Assembly (NCBI GenBank): GCA_009928785.1
Contig: SABY01000005.1
Span: 779 to 64,778 of the forward strand
Source: Clostridia bacterium
GTDB taxonomy: Bacteria; Bacteroidota; Bacteroidia; Bacteroidales; 4484-276
DNA length: 64,000 nucleotides
Direction of reading: 5' to 3'
Below the pieces are notes generated by a model. That model was not told where the DNA came from. It saw nothing but the letters and a program-made list of their open reading frames with translations, and searched no databases. Shown piece after piece: positions 27,506 to 36,272 of this stretch. Both the position numbers and the translations under genes were made by a program. Within the stretch, counting starts at the first letter, position 1. Every line of letters begins with the position of its first letter.

Positions 27506-29425
27506 ATGACTGAAAAGTTGTTGCAAAAGATTAATTCGCCGGCCGACCTGAAAAAGTTGCCGGAGTCGCAGTTACCAGCGCTATGCAACGAACTGCGGCG
27601 GTTTATTATCGATGCTGTGTCCGATAATCCCGCACATCTTGGTGCCAATTTAGGCGCTGTGGAAATCACTGTGGCGGTGCATTATGTTTTTGATACACCC
27701 GACGATAAGTTGATTTGGGATGTAGGCCATCAGGCTTACGGCCATAAGATTCTTACCGGACGCCGCGACCGGTTCGGGAGCAATCGCAAAAAAGACGGCA
27801 TCAGTGGTTTCCCGAAAATGGATGAAAGTGAGTACGATGCTTTTGGCGTAGGACACGCTTCTACTTCTATCTCGGCGGCACTGGGCATGGCCGAAGCCTC
27901 CCAACGTGCCGGCAATACCACGCGTCATCACATTGCCGTAATCGGCGATGGCGCCATGACCGGCGGCATGGCGCTGGAAGCTATGAATAATGCCGGCATC
28001 AACCATCCCAATCTTTTGGTGATTCTCAACGACAACGGCATCGCCATCGACAAGAATGTAGGCGCTATCAAAGATTACCTTGCCGGAATTGCCACCTCGC
28101 CATTTTATAACCGACTGAAAGATAAAGTGTGGCTTATGCTGGGCGGCGGCACCAAATATGGCCACAATACCCGCGCTATTGTAAAGCAGGTGGGCAACGC
28201 CGTAAAAGGCAGCATCCTGCGACGCAGCAATTTGTTCGAAGCCTTCAACTTTCGTTATTTCGGGCCGGTTGACGGCAACGATGTGGAGCGATTGGTGAAG
28301 TTGCTGCGCGACATCAAAAACATTCAGGGGCCCAAGCTTTTGCATATCGTTACTACCAAAGGCAAAGGCCTGGAACTTGCCGAGCGTGAGCCGGTGATTT
28401 ATCACGCGCCGCCCGGCAAATTCGACCGACTTACCGGCAAGCTGGTTTCCAAAAGTCCATGCGACGGCGTGCAGCCACCCAAATATCAGGTGGTGTTTGG
28501 CCGCACCATGATAGAGCTGGCCGAACAAAATCCCAAAGTGCTGGGCATTACCGCGGCCATGCCTTCCGGCAGCTCCCTCGACATGCTTATGAATAAAATG
28601 CCCGACCGCGCTTTTGATGTGGGAATTGCCGAACAACATGCCGTCACTTTTGCCGCCGGTCTGGCCACACAGGGCTTTGTACCTTTCTGTGTTATCTATT
28701 CCACTTTTTTGCAGCGTGCCTACGATCAGATCATCCACGACGTGGCGCTGCAAAAGCTCAACGTAGTTTTTTGTATCGATCGTGCTGGCGTGGTAGGGGA
28801 GGACGGCGCCACCCATCAGGGTGCTTTCGATCTGGCTTCTTTGCGGTGCATTCCCAACATGACAATTTGTGCTCCGATGAACGAACAGGAGCTTCGAAAT
28901 ATGATGTTTACAGCTCAGCTTAACGACCAAGGACCCTGGGCGATTCGCTATCCGCGTGGTCGCGGAACGATGAAACAATGGAAGACTCCTCTGCAGGAAA
29001 TCAAATCAGCTAACGGTCGTCGGCTCAGCGAGGGCAACGATCTGGCCATTTTATCCATTGGGCATATTGGTAACGAAGCTGCCAAAGCTGTTGAAATGTT
29101 GCATGAAGAAGAGGTGGAAGCAGCGCATTACGACGTCAGGTTTCTGAAGCCGCTCGACGAAAAGATGCTGCATGAAGTTTTTAAGAAATTCAAAAACATC
29201 ATCACTGTCGAGGATGGTGCGATAGCAGGTGGGCTTGGTTCGGCAATACTCGAATTTATGGCCGACCATCAATATTCGGCTACGGTTGTCCGGCTCGGTA
29301 TTCCCGACCGGTTTGTGGAGCATGGCGACCGGAACCAGTTGATTCACGAAATGGGTTATGATGCACAGGCCATTGCAGCCGCTGCGCGCAAAATTACCGC
29401 CGCGTTTTCGCCGCATCATCACTAA
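27506..29425 (+). CDS. dxs: 1-deoxy-D-xylulose-5-phosphate synthase
   Basis: LIWDVGHQAYGHKILTGR, GHASTSISAALGMA, IGDGAMTGGMALEA, DVGIAEQHAVTFAAG and GEDGATHQG. Confidence 0.95.
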   Translation: MTEKLLQKINSPADLKKLPESQLPALCNELRRFIIDAVSDNPAHLGANLGAVEITVAVHYVFDTPDDKLIWDVGHQAYGHKILTGRRDRFGSNRKKDGISGFPKMDESEYDAFGVGHASTSISAALGMAEASQRAGNTTRHHIAVIGDGAMTGGMALEAMNNAGINHPNLLVILNDNGIAIDKNVGAIKDYLAGIATSPFYNRLKDKVWLMLGGGTKYGHNTRAIVKQVGNAVKGSILRRSNLFEAFNFRYFGPVDGNDVERLVKLLRDIKNIQGPKLLHIVTTKGKGLELAEREPVIYHAPPGKFDRLTGKLVSKSPCDGVQPPKYQVVFGRTMIELAEQNPKVLGITAAMPSGSSLDMLMNKMPDRAFDVGIAEQHAVTFAAGLATQGFVPFCVIYSTFLQRAYDQIIHDVALQKLNVVFCIDRAGVVGEDGATHQGAFDLASLRCIPNMTICAPMNEQELRNMMFTAQLNDQGPWAIRYPRGRGTMKQWKTPLQEIKSANGRRLSEGNDLAILSIGHIGNEAAKAVEMLHEEEVEAAHYDVRFLKPLDEKMLHEVFKKFKNIITVEDGAIAGGLGSAILEFMADHQYSATVVRLGIPDRFVEHGDRNQLIHEMGYDAQAIAAAARKITAAFSPHHH

Positions 29426-29490
29426 TGCACCAAAATGTATCTTTGTTTGTAATAATTTAGCTGGTGTAGTTGAATTCCAAATCCCCAGGA

Positions 29491-29621
29491 TCCAATCCCC
29501 TGCCTCCCGATGATTGGGACTGGCGTTCCAATTAAGGAGAAGGTAGTCAAGCCGCGCTGACTACATATGCGGCACGTGCGCTGGCATTCTCTCCGTCGGC
29601 TGACGGAGGAGTTATAGGGGT
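29491..29621 (+). repeat. ~135-nt four-helix structured element, copy B
   Basis: Same ends as copy A. The first hairpin reads UCCCGA-UGA-UUGGGA, so the C-G pair of copy A becomes G-U. GCCGC...GCGGC is conserved around a different interior (GTAGTCA-8 nt-TGACTAC). The CTCCGTCGGCTGACGGAGGAGTTA block is identical. Confidence 0.5.
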
Positions 29622-29707
29622 CTTTGATAATGACTATTTTAAACATAGTTGATGAAGGCCTGCTAAATAGTTTTCTTTATTTTTGATGCCCAATAAAAAA
29701 CAAATGT

Positions 29708-31396
29708 ATGAAGCGAATTTACTTTTTCCTGCTCCTGGCTGGATGGGCTTTGCAGTTGCAGGCTCAGATTACTGAATTTCCTTACAACGAAGGTTTTGAA
29801 GACGAGCAATTTCCGCCATCGGGCTGGCTGGGATTCCCAATTGTAGCCGGCGATATGGAATTTGTAAGGGTTACCGTTGGCGAATGGCCTGCATCTTTGC
29901 CCCACGACGGAAGCAGCGCTATGGCGCAGTACAACTCATTTAATGCTTCAATAGGGGAGGAGGCGGTGTTGATAACCCCGGAACTGATTTTGGAGGATGA
30001 TAACGTGCTGCGGTTTTGGTTTTATCGCTCGGAAGACCCCAGCAACAACCGCCACGATAAAATTGAAGTATTTTACAATTCCACCCCTGATCTGGCCGGC
30101 GCTACTTTGCTGGATTCCATTAGCAGAGCCGTCAACTTTTATCCCGTTGTTCCCGCCAAGGGTTGGTATCAGTACGAATTTGCAATCAACAATACGGGGA
30201 GTACCTATATCGTTTTCAAAGCCATTAGCGCCTACGGATGGAAAATGTATCTGGATGATGTGGAGGTCAACACCAGCACCATCGACGTCGATCCGCCAGT
30301 GGTAATCTCGCTGGGCGGAACACAGGTTTACGCGCAGCAGCCGATGAGCCTAAAGCTGGTGGTTCGCGATGTGTCGGATATGCCGGAAACGCTGGAAGGG
30401 GAAGCAACCATCGATGGGGAAATTCAGTTGGTGGAGATGACAAAGACCGGCGGAACACAGGGCGATTTTACCTATCAGGGAACCATTGCCGGGCAGCTCG
30501 ACCACACGGAGGGCGAAATAAAATTTTGGCTCATCGATGAACCCGGCAATGCTGTCTGGTCGGATTATTATCCCTTGCATTGGGATTGGGTAAAGCCCAT
30601 TTTGGAGGAGAGTTTTGAAGGAGAGGATTTTCCGCCCGAAAACTGGACAGTCACCGGGCAGCCGCTTACCTGGCTCACCTGGGACGACTATGGCCTGGTT
30701 TATTACACTGACAGCGATGAGGTGGAATGGGAGGTTTACCCTCCCCATGGTCAACGACAGGCTGCCGTGGAATGGGATTTTCAGGGAAACGATCAAAACG
30801 AATGGATGATATCTCCGCCGATAGCCATTGCAGAAAATGCCGTGCTCACCTTCAAAACTTTTGTGAGGCTGAACAGCTACGACTACGACGAATATTTGGT
30901 CAGAGCTTCTACCGATGGATTTACCTGGGAAAATATTTGGAGCGCCTCAGATTATCCCGCTGGCGTTAGTAATTATGAGGACGACGTTGCCGTAAGCCTC
31001 AATAGTTATGTTGGCCAGGAAGTTCGCTTCGCCTGGCAGGCTTACAATCTTTATGGCGGCAACCTTTGGTATTCGTGGTTTGTAGATGATGTAAAAATCC
31101 GGGCCACCGATACCCTTGTCGGGATTAACAAAAAAATTGATTTGCCGGGTTCCAGCGCGTTTCCAAATCCATTTAGCACTTTTACTACCATCAGTTTTAA
31201 AATGCAGCAAGCCGGTAAGGTTTCCCTAAATGTTTTTAGAAACGATGGTACGAAAGTATTTGAGAAAATTTTTTATGATCTGCCGGCAGGCTTTCATGAA
31301 ATGAAGATTGATGGAAACGAAGTGCCTTCGGGATTTTATTATTATCAATTGCAAACCTCCGGCGGCACTTCCGGTGGGAAGCTTATCAGGAAATAG
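29708..31396 (+). CDS. T9SS cargo protein with two choice-of-anchor-J-like domains
   Basis: Signal peptide MKRIYFFLLLAGWALQLQAQ. Two EGFE..FPP.GW starts (YNEGFEDEQFPPSGW, EESFEGEDFPPENW). C-terminal T9SS CTD (AFPNPFSTFTTISF...GFYYYQLQT). Confidence 0.8.
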   Translation: MKRIYFFLLLAGWALQLQAQITEFPYNEGFEDEQFPPSGWLGFPIVAGDMEFVRVTVGEWPASLPHDGSSAMAQYNSFNASIGEEAVLITPELILEDDNVLRFWFYRSEDPSNNRHDKIEVFYNSTPDLAGATLLDSISRAVNFYPVVPAKGWYQYEFAINNTGSTYIVFKAISAYGWKMYLDDVEVNTSTIDVDPPVVISLGGTQVYAQQPMSLKLVVRDVSDMPETLEGEATIDGEIQLVEMTKTGGTQGDFTYQGTIAGQLDHTEGEIKFWLIDEPGNAVWSDYYPLHWDWVKPILEESFEGEDFPPENWTVTGQPLTWLTWDDYGLVYYTDSDEVEWEVYPPHGQRQAAVEWDFQGNDQNEWMISPPIAIAENAVLTFKTFVRLNSYDYDEYLVRASTDGFTWENIWSASDYPAGVSNYEDDVAVSLNSYVGQEVRFAWQAYNLYGGNLWYSWFVDDVKIRATDTLVGINKKIDLPGSSAFPNPFSTFTTISFKMQQAGKVSLNVFRNDGTKVFEKIFYDLPAGFHEMKIDGNEVPSGFYYYQLQTSGGTSGGKLIRK

Positions 31397-31577
31397 CGTT
31401 TTTTTGACTCTGATGAAAAATATTGTTGCCATGTTGTTCACTAACCCCGTCCTTTAGGTCGGGGGAAAAAGCAAAAGTATTTCAGTGGGCTTTAGCCCAA
31501 ATAAACAGCATCAGCAAAGACATTTTGTTTGTAAAATCCATTGCAGCGATATTTCTTGATTATTTTAGCCGAAATTT

Positions 31578-33542
31578 TTGAGCGCTGTGCGAAACGTATT
31601 TCTATTCATCATCAGCTTTCTGATTTCGTTTTCCGTGTTTGCACAGCAGGCCGGAAGCCTTGTCCTGTATGCCGACAGCAGCAATATCGAAGTGAAGTTG
31701 CCCGAAATTATCATGCAGGATATTGCAACACCAGTTTCCATCCGTGTTACAGATGAGGGTATGCGATATCTGGCAAATGGCCCGGCCACCGTTTTCATCG
31801 ACGGGAAAGAACAGACCCTCGATTTTGCTTATGGCCACGCTACTGCGGAGGTTGTGTTCGAAAATAGCAGAACATTTACACTTTCCATCGGCGATTATTT
31901 CTACCAGCGATACGTAACGCCTGTACCGCTGTGGCTTTCAGTGTTTCCACCGCTCATCGCCATCATCATGGCTTTATTTTTCAAAGAAGTTTATACTGCG
32001 CTTTTCATTGGCGTACTGGTGGGCACCGTCATCATTTTTTATTACCAGGGTCAGTATTTTTTTGAAGCCTTGTTTCATGGGTTTTTTGCTGTGCTCGATA
32101 CCTATGTGCTCACCGCGTTACTCGACAAAAGCCATATTTCTATCATTATTTTTTCGATGATGATTGGCGGGATGGTGGGAATCATCACCAAAAACGGTGG
32201 GATGAAAGGAGTAGTAAACTTCTTATCGCGGTATGCCAACAATGCCCGATCGGGACAAATGGTCACGTGGCTGCTGGGGGTGATGATATTTTTTGATGAT
32301 TATGCCAATACCCTCGTGGTGGGCAACACAATGCGTCCCATCACGGATAAGTTGAAAATATCGCGTGAGAAGTTGGCGTACATTGTCGATAGCACTGCGG
32401 CTCCCATTGCTTCCATAGCTTTCGTTACTACCTGGATTGGCGCCGAGCTAAGCTACATTCAGGATGGAATAAAAACCCTGGGGCTTGACGAAACACCGTA
32501 TGATGTTTTTCTCAACTCATTGCAATATTCGTTTTATCCTATCCTAACTTTAATATTTGTAGTAATACTGGTGATGCGCCGCCGCGACTTTGGCCCCATG
32601 CATGCCATCGAGGTGGCTGCGCGGAGTGGACGTAGTGCGCCAAAGGCAACTAACCCAAAGCAGGATTTTGGTGGCGCGACAGAGCCTGACGAAAATGTAA
32701 AGGCGCGTTGGTACAATGCTCTCGTGCCGGTGTTGGTGGTGGTATTTGGAACCATTACCGGACTTATCATCACTGGGTTGCAGCAGGTGGGGTGGGATGC
32801 CGGGGCATCTTTTGGCACCAATCTATCGCATGTTATTGGTAGTTCAGATTCGTTCAGCGCCTTGTTGTGGTCGTCGCTGGGAGGCGTGGTTGTGGCTTTG
32901 GCGCTCACCGTGGGGCAGCGCATTTTGCCATTGCGCAGCAGCATCGATGCCTTGGTTGACGGATTTAAAAGTATGCTCACGGCGGTGCTCATACTGGTGC
33001 TGGCCTGGTCGATAGCCCTTATCACCGAGCACTTGCATACAGCAGAGTTTATTTCAGGAAGTCTTATTCGGCTCGACATTTCGCCTTACCTGGTGCCGGC
33101 GCTTACTTTTTTGTTGGCGGCAGCCATTGCTTTTTCTACAGGTTCGTCGTGGGGAACCATGGCCATTTTGTATCCGCTTATTCTGCCGGCCACCTGGTAC
33201 ATTGGCATCGAGGCGGGGTTGGAGTACGACACAGCCATGTCGATTTTTCACAATGTGGTTTCGGCGGTGCTTGCCGGCTCGGTAATGGGCGACCACTGCT
33301 CACCTATCTCCGACACCACCATCCTTAGCTCTTTGGCCAGCTCATGCGATCACATCAGCCACGTGCGCACCCAAATGCCCTATGCGCTTACCGTTGGTGC
33401 GGTGGGGTTGTTGGCGGGAACCATCCCGGCAGCTTTCGGAGTGTCGGCATTATTATTATTCCCGCTAAATATAGCTGTACTGGTTTTAATCATTCAATTG
33501 GCCGGCAAGCCGGTACCAAAGGCTTTTCTTGCGAAATCCTGA
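31578..33542 (+). CDS. NhaC-family Na+/H+ antiporter with N-terminal extracytoplasmic extension (TTG start)
   Basis: 654 aa with about 12 hydrophobic segments. Contains FFDDYANTLVVGNTMRP and GSVMGDHCSPISDTTILSS, typical of the NhaC family. Confidence 0.8.
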   Translation: MSAVRNVFLFIISFLISFSVFAQQAGSLVLYADSSNIEVKLPEIIMQDIATPVSIRVTDEGMRYLANGPATVFIDGKEQTLDFAYGHATAEVVFENSRTFTLSIGDYFYQRYVTPVPLWLSVFPPLIAIIMALFFKEVYTALFIGVLVGTVIIFYYQGQYFFEALFHGFFAVLDTYVLTALLDKSHISIIIFSMMIGGMVGIITKNGGMKGVVNFLSRYANNARSGQMVTWLLGVMIFFDDYANTLVVGNTMRPITDKLKISREKLAYIVDSTAAPIASIAFVTTWIGAELSYIQDGIKTLGLDETPYDVFLNSLQYSFYPILTLIFVVILVMRRRDFGPMHAIEVAARSGRSAPKATNPKQDFGGATEPDENVKARWYNALVPVLVVVFGTITGLIITGLQQVGWDAGASFGTNLSHVIGSSDSFSALLWSSLGGVVVALALTVGQRILPLRSSIDALVDGFKSMLTAVLILVLAWSIALITEHLHTAEFISGSLIRLDISPYLVPALTFLLAAAIAFSTGSSWGTMAILYPLILPATWYIGIEAGLEYDTAMSIFHNVVSAVLAGSVMGDHCSPISDTTILSSLASSCDHISHVRTQMPYALTVGAVGLLAGTIPAAFGVSALLLFPLNIAVLVLIIQLAGKPVPKAFLAKS

Positions 33543-33637
33543 TTAATAAAAATGTAGGCGGGGCTATCGCATGATTATCGCAAAACTTGTTTTACATAAT
33601 CTTAACATGCAAATGGTTTCGGGTGGTTGCATTAGTG

Positions 33638-33645
33638 TACTTTTG
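33638..33645 (+). promoter_or_regulatory. -7 box TACTTTTG upstream of typA
   Basis: Matches TAnnTTTG, 90 nt before the ATG, preceded by the hairpin ATGCAA-14 nt-TTGCAT. Confidence 0.4.
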
Positions 33646-33734
33646 CAAACTATTTTTTTAAAAAATATTGTTTTCAGACTAATCATCAGCGGATCAATTG
33701 TTTCCTTCCGCATTTCCTGACAAAACGACTTTAT

Positions 33735-35555
33735 ATGTACGACATACGAAACATTGCCATCATCGCCCACGTCGATCATGGCAAAACTACCCTCGTCGAT
33801 CGCATCCTGCATCAGGTGAAACTGTTCCGCGAAAATCAGGAGATGGGCGATCTCATCCTCGACTCCAACGATTTGGAGCGTGAGCGTGGCATCACCATCT
33901 TATCCAAAAATGTCTCGGTGCGTTACAAGGATGTTAAGATCAATATCATCGACACACCCGGCCACGCCGATTTTGGTGGCGAAGTGGAGCGTGTTCTTAA
34001 CATGGCCGACGGCGTCTTGCTGGTGGTGGATGCCTTTGAAGGGCCGATGCCACAAACGCGTTTTGTGTTGGAAAAAGCCATCAAATTAGGTCTGAAGCCC
34101 ATCGTAGTTATTAATAAAGTAGATAAGCCCAACTGCAATCCGGAAGAAGTGCACGAGGCGGTGTTCGACCTTATGTTTAGCCTCGACGCCACCGAAGATC
34201 AGTTGAGCTTCCCGGAGGTTTACGGATCGTCGAAACAGGGTTGGATGAGTTCGGATTATAACCAACCTGCGGTTGATATTAGTTACCTTCTCGACATTAT
34301 TCTGGAGCATATCCCGGCGCCGGAGGTGCGGCAGGGAACGCTGCAGATGCAGATTAGTTCGCTGGATTATTCGTCCTATCTGGGGCGTATAGCCGTGGGT
34401 CGTATCACCCGCGGGTCCATTAAAATGGGGCAGCAGGTGTCGGTGGTAAAACGCGATGGCACGGTGGCCAAGTCGGTGATTAAAGAACTTTATCGTTTTG
34501 AAGGGCTGGGAAAAGAAAAGGTGAAGATACCTTTGGAAGCCGGTGAGATTTGCGCCGTGCTTGGCATCGAGAATTTCGATATCGGCGATACCATTGCTGA
34601 CTTCGAACTGCCCGAAGGGCTTACTCCCATTTCAGTTGACGAGCCAACCATGAGCATGTTGTTTACCATCAACAACTCGCCGTTTTTTGGCCGCGAAGGC
34701 ATTTACGTCACCTCCCGCCATTTGCGCGACAGGCTTTACAAAGAAATCGAGAAAAATCTGGCCATGCGTATCGAGGAAACCAACTCGCCGGAGAAACTCC
34801 TGGTGTTTGGCCGCGGCATCCTGCATCTTTCTATTTTGGTAGAAACCATGCGCCGCGAAGGTTATGAGTTTCAACTGGGTCAGCCGCAGGTGCTTATAAA
34901 AGAGATCGACGGCACAAAGCATGAGCCTGTCGAATCGCTGACGGTGCACGTACCGGAGGCTTTTGCCGGAAAGGTGATAGAAGTTGTAACGCGTCGCAAA
35001 GGTGAAATCGATAATATTGAGACACGCCACGACCGCACAGCGCTCCAGTTTACCATCCCCTCACGCGGACTCATTGGCCTGACCAACAATGTACTTACCG
35101 CCACCGAAGGCGAAGCTGTGATTGCACATCGCTTTAAAGCCTACGAACCTTGGAAAGGCGAAATCATCAACCGCCGGAATGGTTCGCTTATCGCAATGGA
35201 AACGGGAACGGCTATTGCCTATTCGATTGATAAATTACAGGATCGCGGGAGGTTTTTTGTCGAATCCAACCAGGAAATTTATGTCGGGCAGGTAATCGGT
35301 GAAAACACCCGTCAGGACGACATCGTCGTCAACGTTACACGCACCAAGAAGCTGTCGAACATGCGTGCTTCGGGTTCTGATGAAAAAACTGCCATCACAC
35401 CACCTATCAAACACTCGCTCGAAGAAGCCATGGAATATATCAAGGAAGATGAATATGTGGAGGTAACGCCCAAGTCGATCCGCATTCGCAAAATCATGCT
35501 CGATGAAAATGAGCGCAAGCGCAAGAAACGCGCGGACGATACGATGAATCAATAA
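33735..35555 (+). CDS. typA: Translational GTPase TypA/BipA
   Basis: [33 protein letters not shown] and NKVDKP. 606 aa with an EF-G-like domain order. Confidence 0.95.
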   Translation: MYDIRNIAIIAHVDHGKTTLVDRILHQVKLFRENQEMGDLILDSNDLERERGITILSKNVSVRYKDVKINIIDTPGHADFGGEVERVLNMADGVLLVVDAFEGPMPQTRFVLEKAIKLGLKPIVVINKVDKPNCNPEEVHEAVFDLMFSLDATEDQLSFPEVYGSSKQGWMSSDYNQPAVDISYLLDIILEHIPAPEVRQGTLQMQISSLDYSSYLGRIAVGRITRGSIKMGQQVSVVKRDGTVAKSVIKELYRFEGLGKEKVKIPLEAGEICAVLGIENFDIGDTIADFELPEGLTPISVDEPTMSMLFTINNSPFFGREGIYVTSRHLRDRLYKEIEKNLAMRIEETNSPEKLLVFGRGILHLSILVETMRREGYEFQLGQPQVLIKEIDGTKHEPVESLTVHVPEAFAGKVIEVVTRRKGEIDNIETRHDRTALQFTIPSRGLIGLTNNVLTATEGEAVIAHRFKAYEPWKGEIINRRNGSLIAMETGTAIAYSIDKLQDRGRFFVESNQEIYVGQVIGENTRQDDIVVNVTRTKKLSNMRASGSDEKTAITPPIKHSLEEAMEYIKEDEYVEVTPKSIRIRKIMLDENERKRKKRADDTMNQ

Positions 35556-35761
35556 GGATTTTTGATTTACGAATTACGATTTTGGAATGTGGAAACGCAC
35601 TGCCGGAATCAATTGAAGTAGAAAGATCCGCCAGATATTTCCAACCTTATTCGCTTATTTTTTTGAATTGATGATTTGTAATACTTCACAAATTCCTGGA
35701 TATTAAAGACAATAACGTAGTAACGCCCGATCGGGCGTCTTTGCAAAATTTGATATTTTAG

Positions 35762-35815
35762 AAAAAGAGGCGCATGATCCCCGCTTGGGCTGGGCAGGCA
35801 ATGCGCCTCTTTTTC
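35762..35815. terminator. Bidirectional terminator between typA and the lipoprotein gene
   Basis: AAAAA-AGAGGCGCAT-25 nt-ATGCGCCTCT-TTTTT. A second perfect palindrome ACGCCCGATCGGGCGT lies at 35723-35738. Confidence 0.6.
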
Positions 35816-35817
35816 TA

Positions 35818-36255
35818 TTATTCTGATTTTGGTGGGATGTTGCTTTTGTATTTCAGCAACACTGCTTCCACGTTTTTCACCTCGTTGTCGCTGCTGCGGC
35901 TCACGCTGCCTCCTACATGCACCTTCCTGTTGGAAGATGCTCCGCCTGAGCTGCGGGTAGTTCCCGTAGAGCGGATGTTGACATCCGAAAATAATACCGC
36001 ATCGGCACCATTCTCGCGTGCTACCGTCATCACCTTGTTTTGGATGTATTTCAGCTTTTTGCTGTAAGGCACTTCTGCTGTTATTTTGCCCATCACCTCA
36101 TAATCCTGTGGCACGTCCTGGTCTCTGAAGAAAATTTCAGGAGTGCCCGACGAGGGATACGATTTTCCGAGATAATCAAATGATGACTTGCTGCATGATG
36201 CCATTGCCAAAAGCAATAGAGTCGGGATTAAAATTGAAAAGAATCGCTTTTTCAT
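35818..36255 (-). CDS. Lipoprotein of unknown function
   Basis: Lipobox LLLLAMASC in MKKRFFSILIPTLLLLAMASCSKSS. 145 aa, directly downstream of the GH13 gene. Confidence 0.65.
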   Translation of the reverse strand: MKKRFFSILIPTLLLLAMASCSKSSFDYLGKSYPSSGTPEIFFRDQDVPQDYEVMGKITAEVPYSKKLKYIQNKVMTVARENGADAVLFSDVNIRSTGTTRSSGGASSNRKVHVGGSVSRSSDNEVKNVEAVLLKYKSNIPPKSE

Positions 36256-36272
36256 AAAACGTTGATAGTTGA

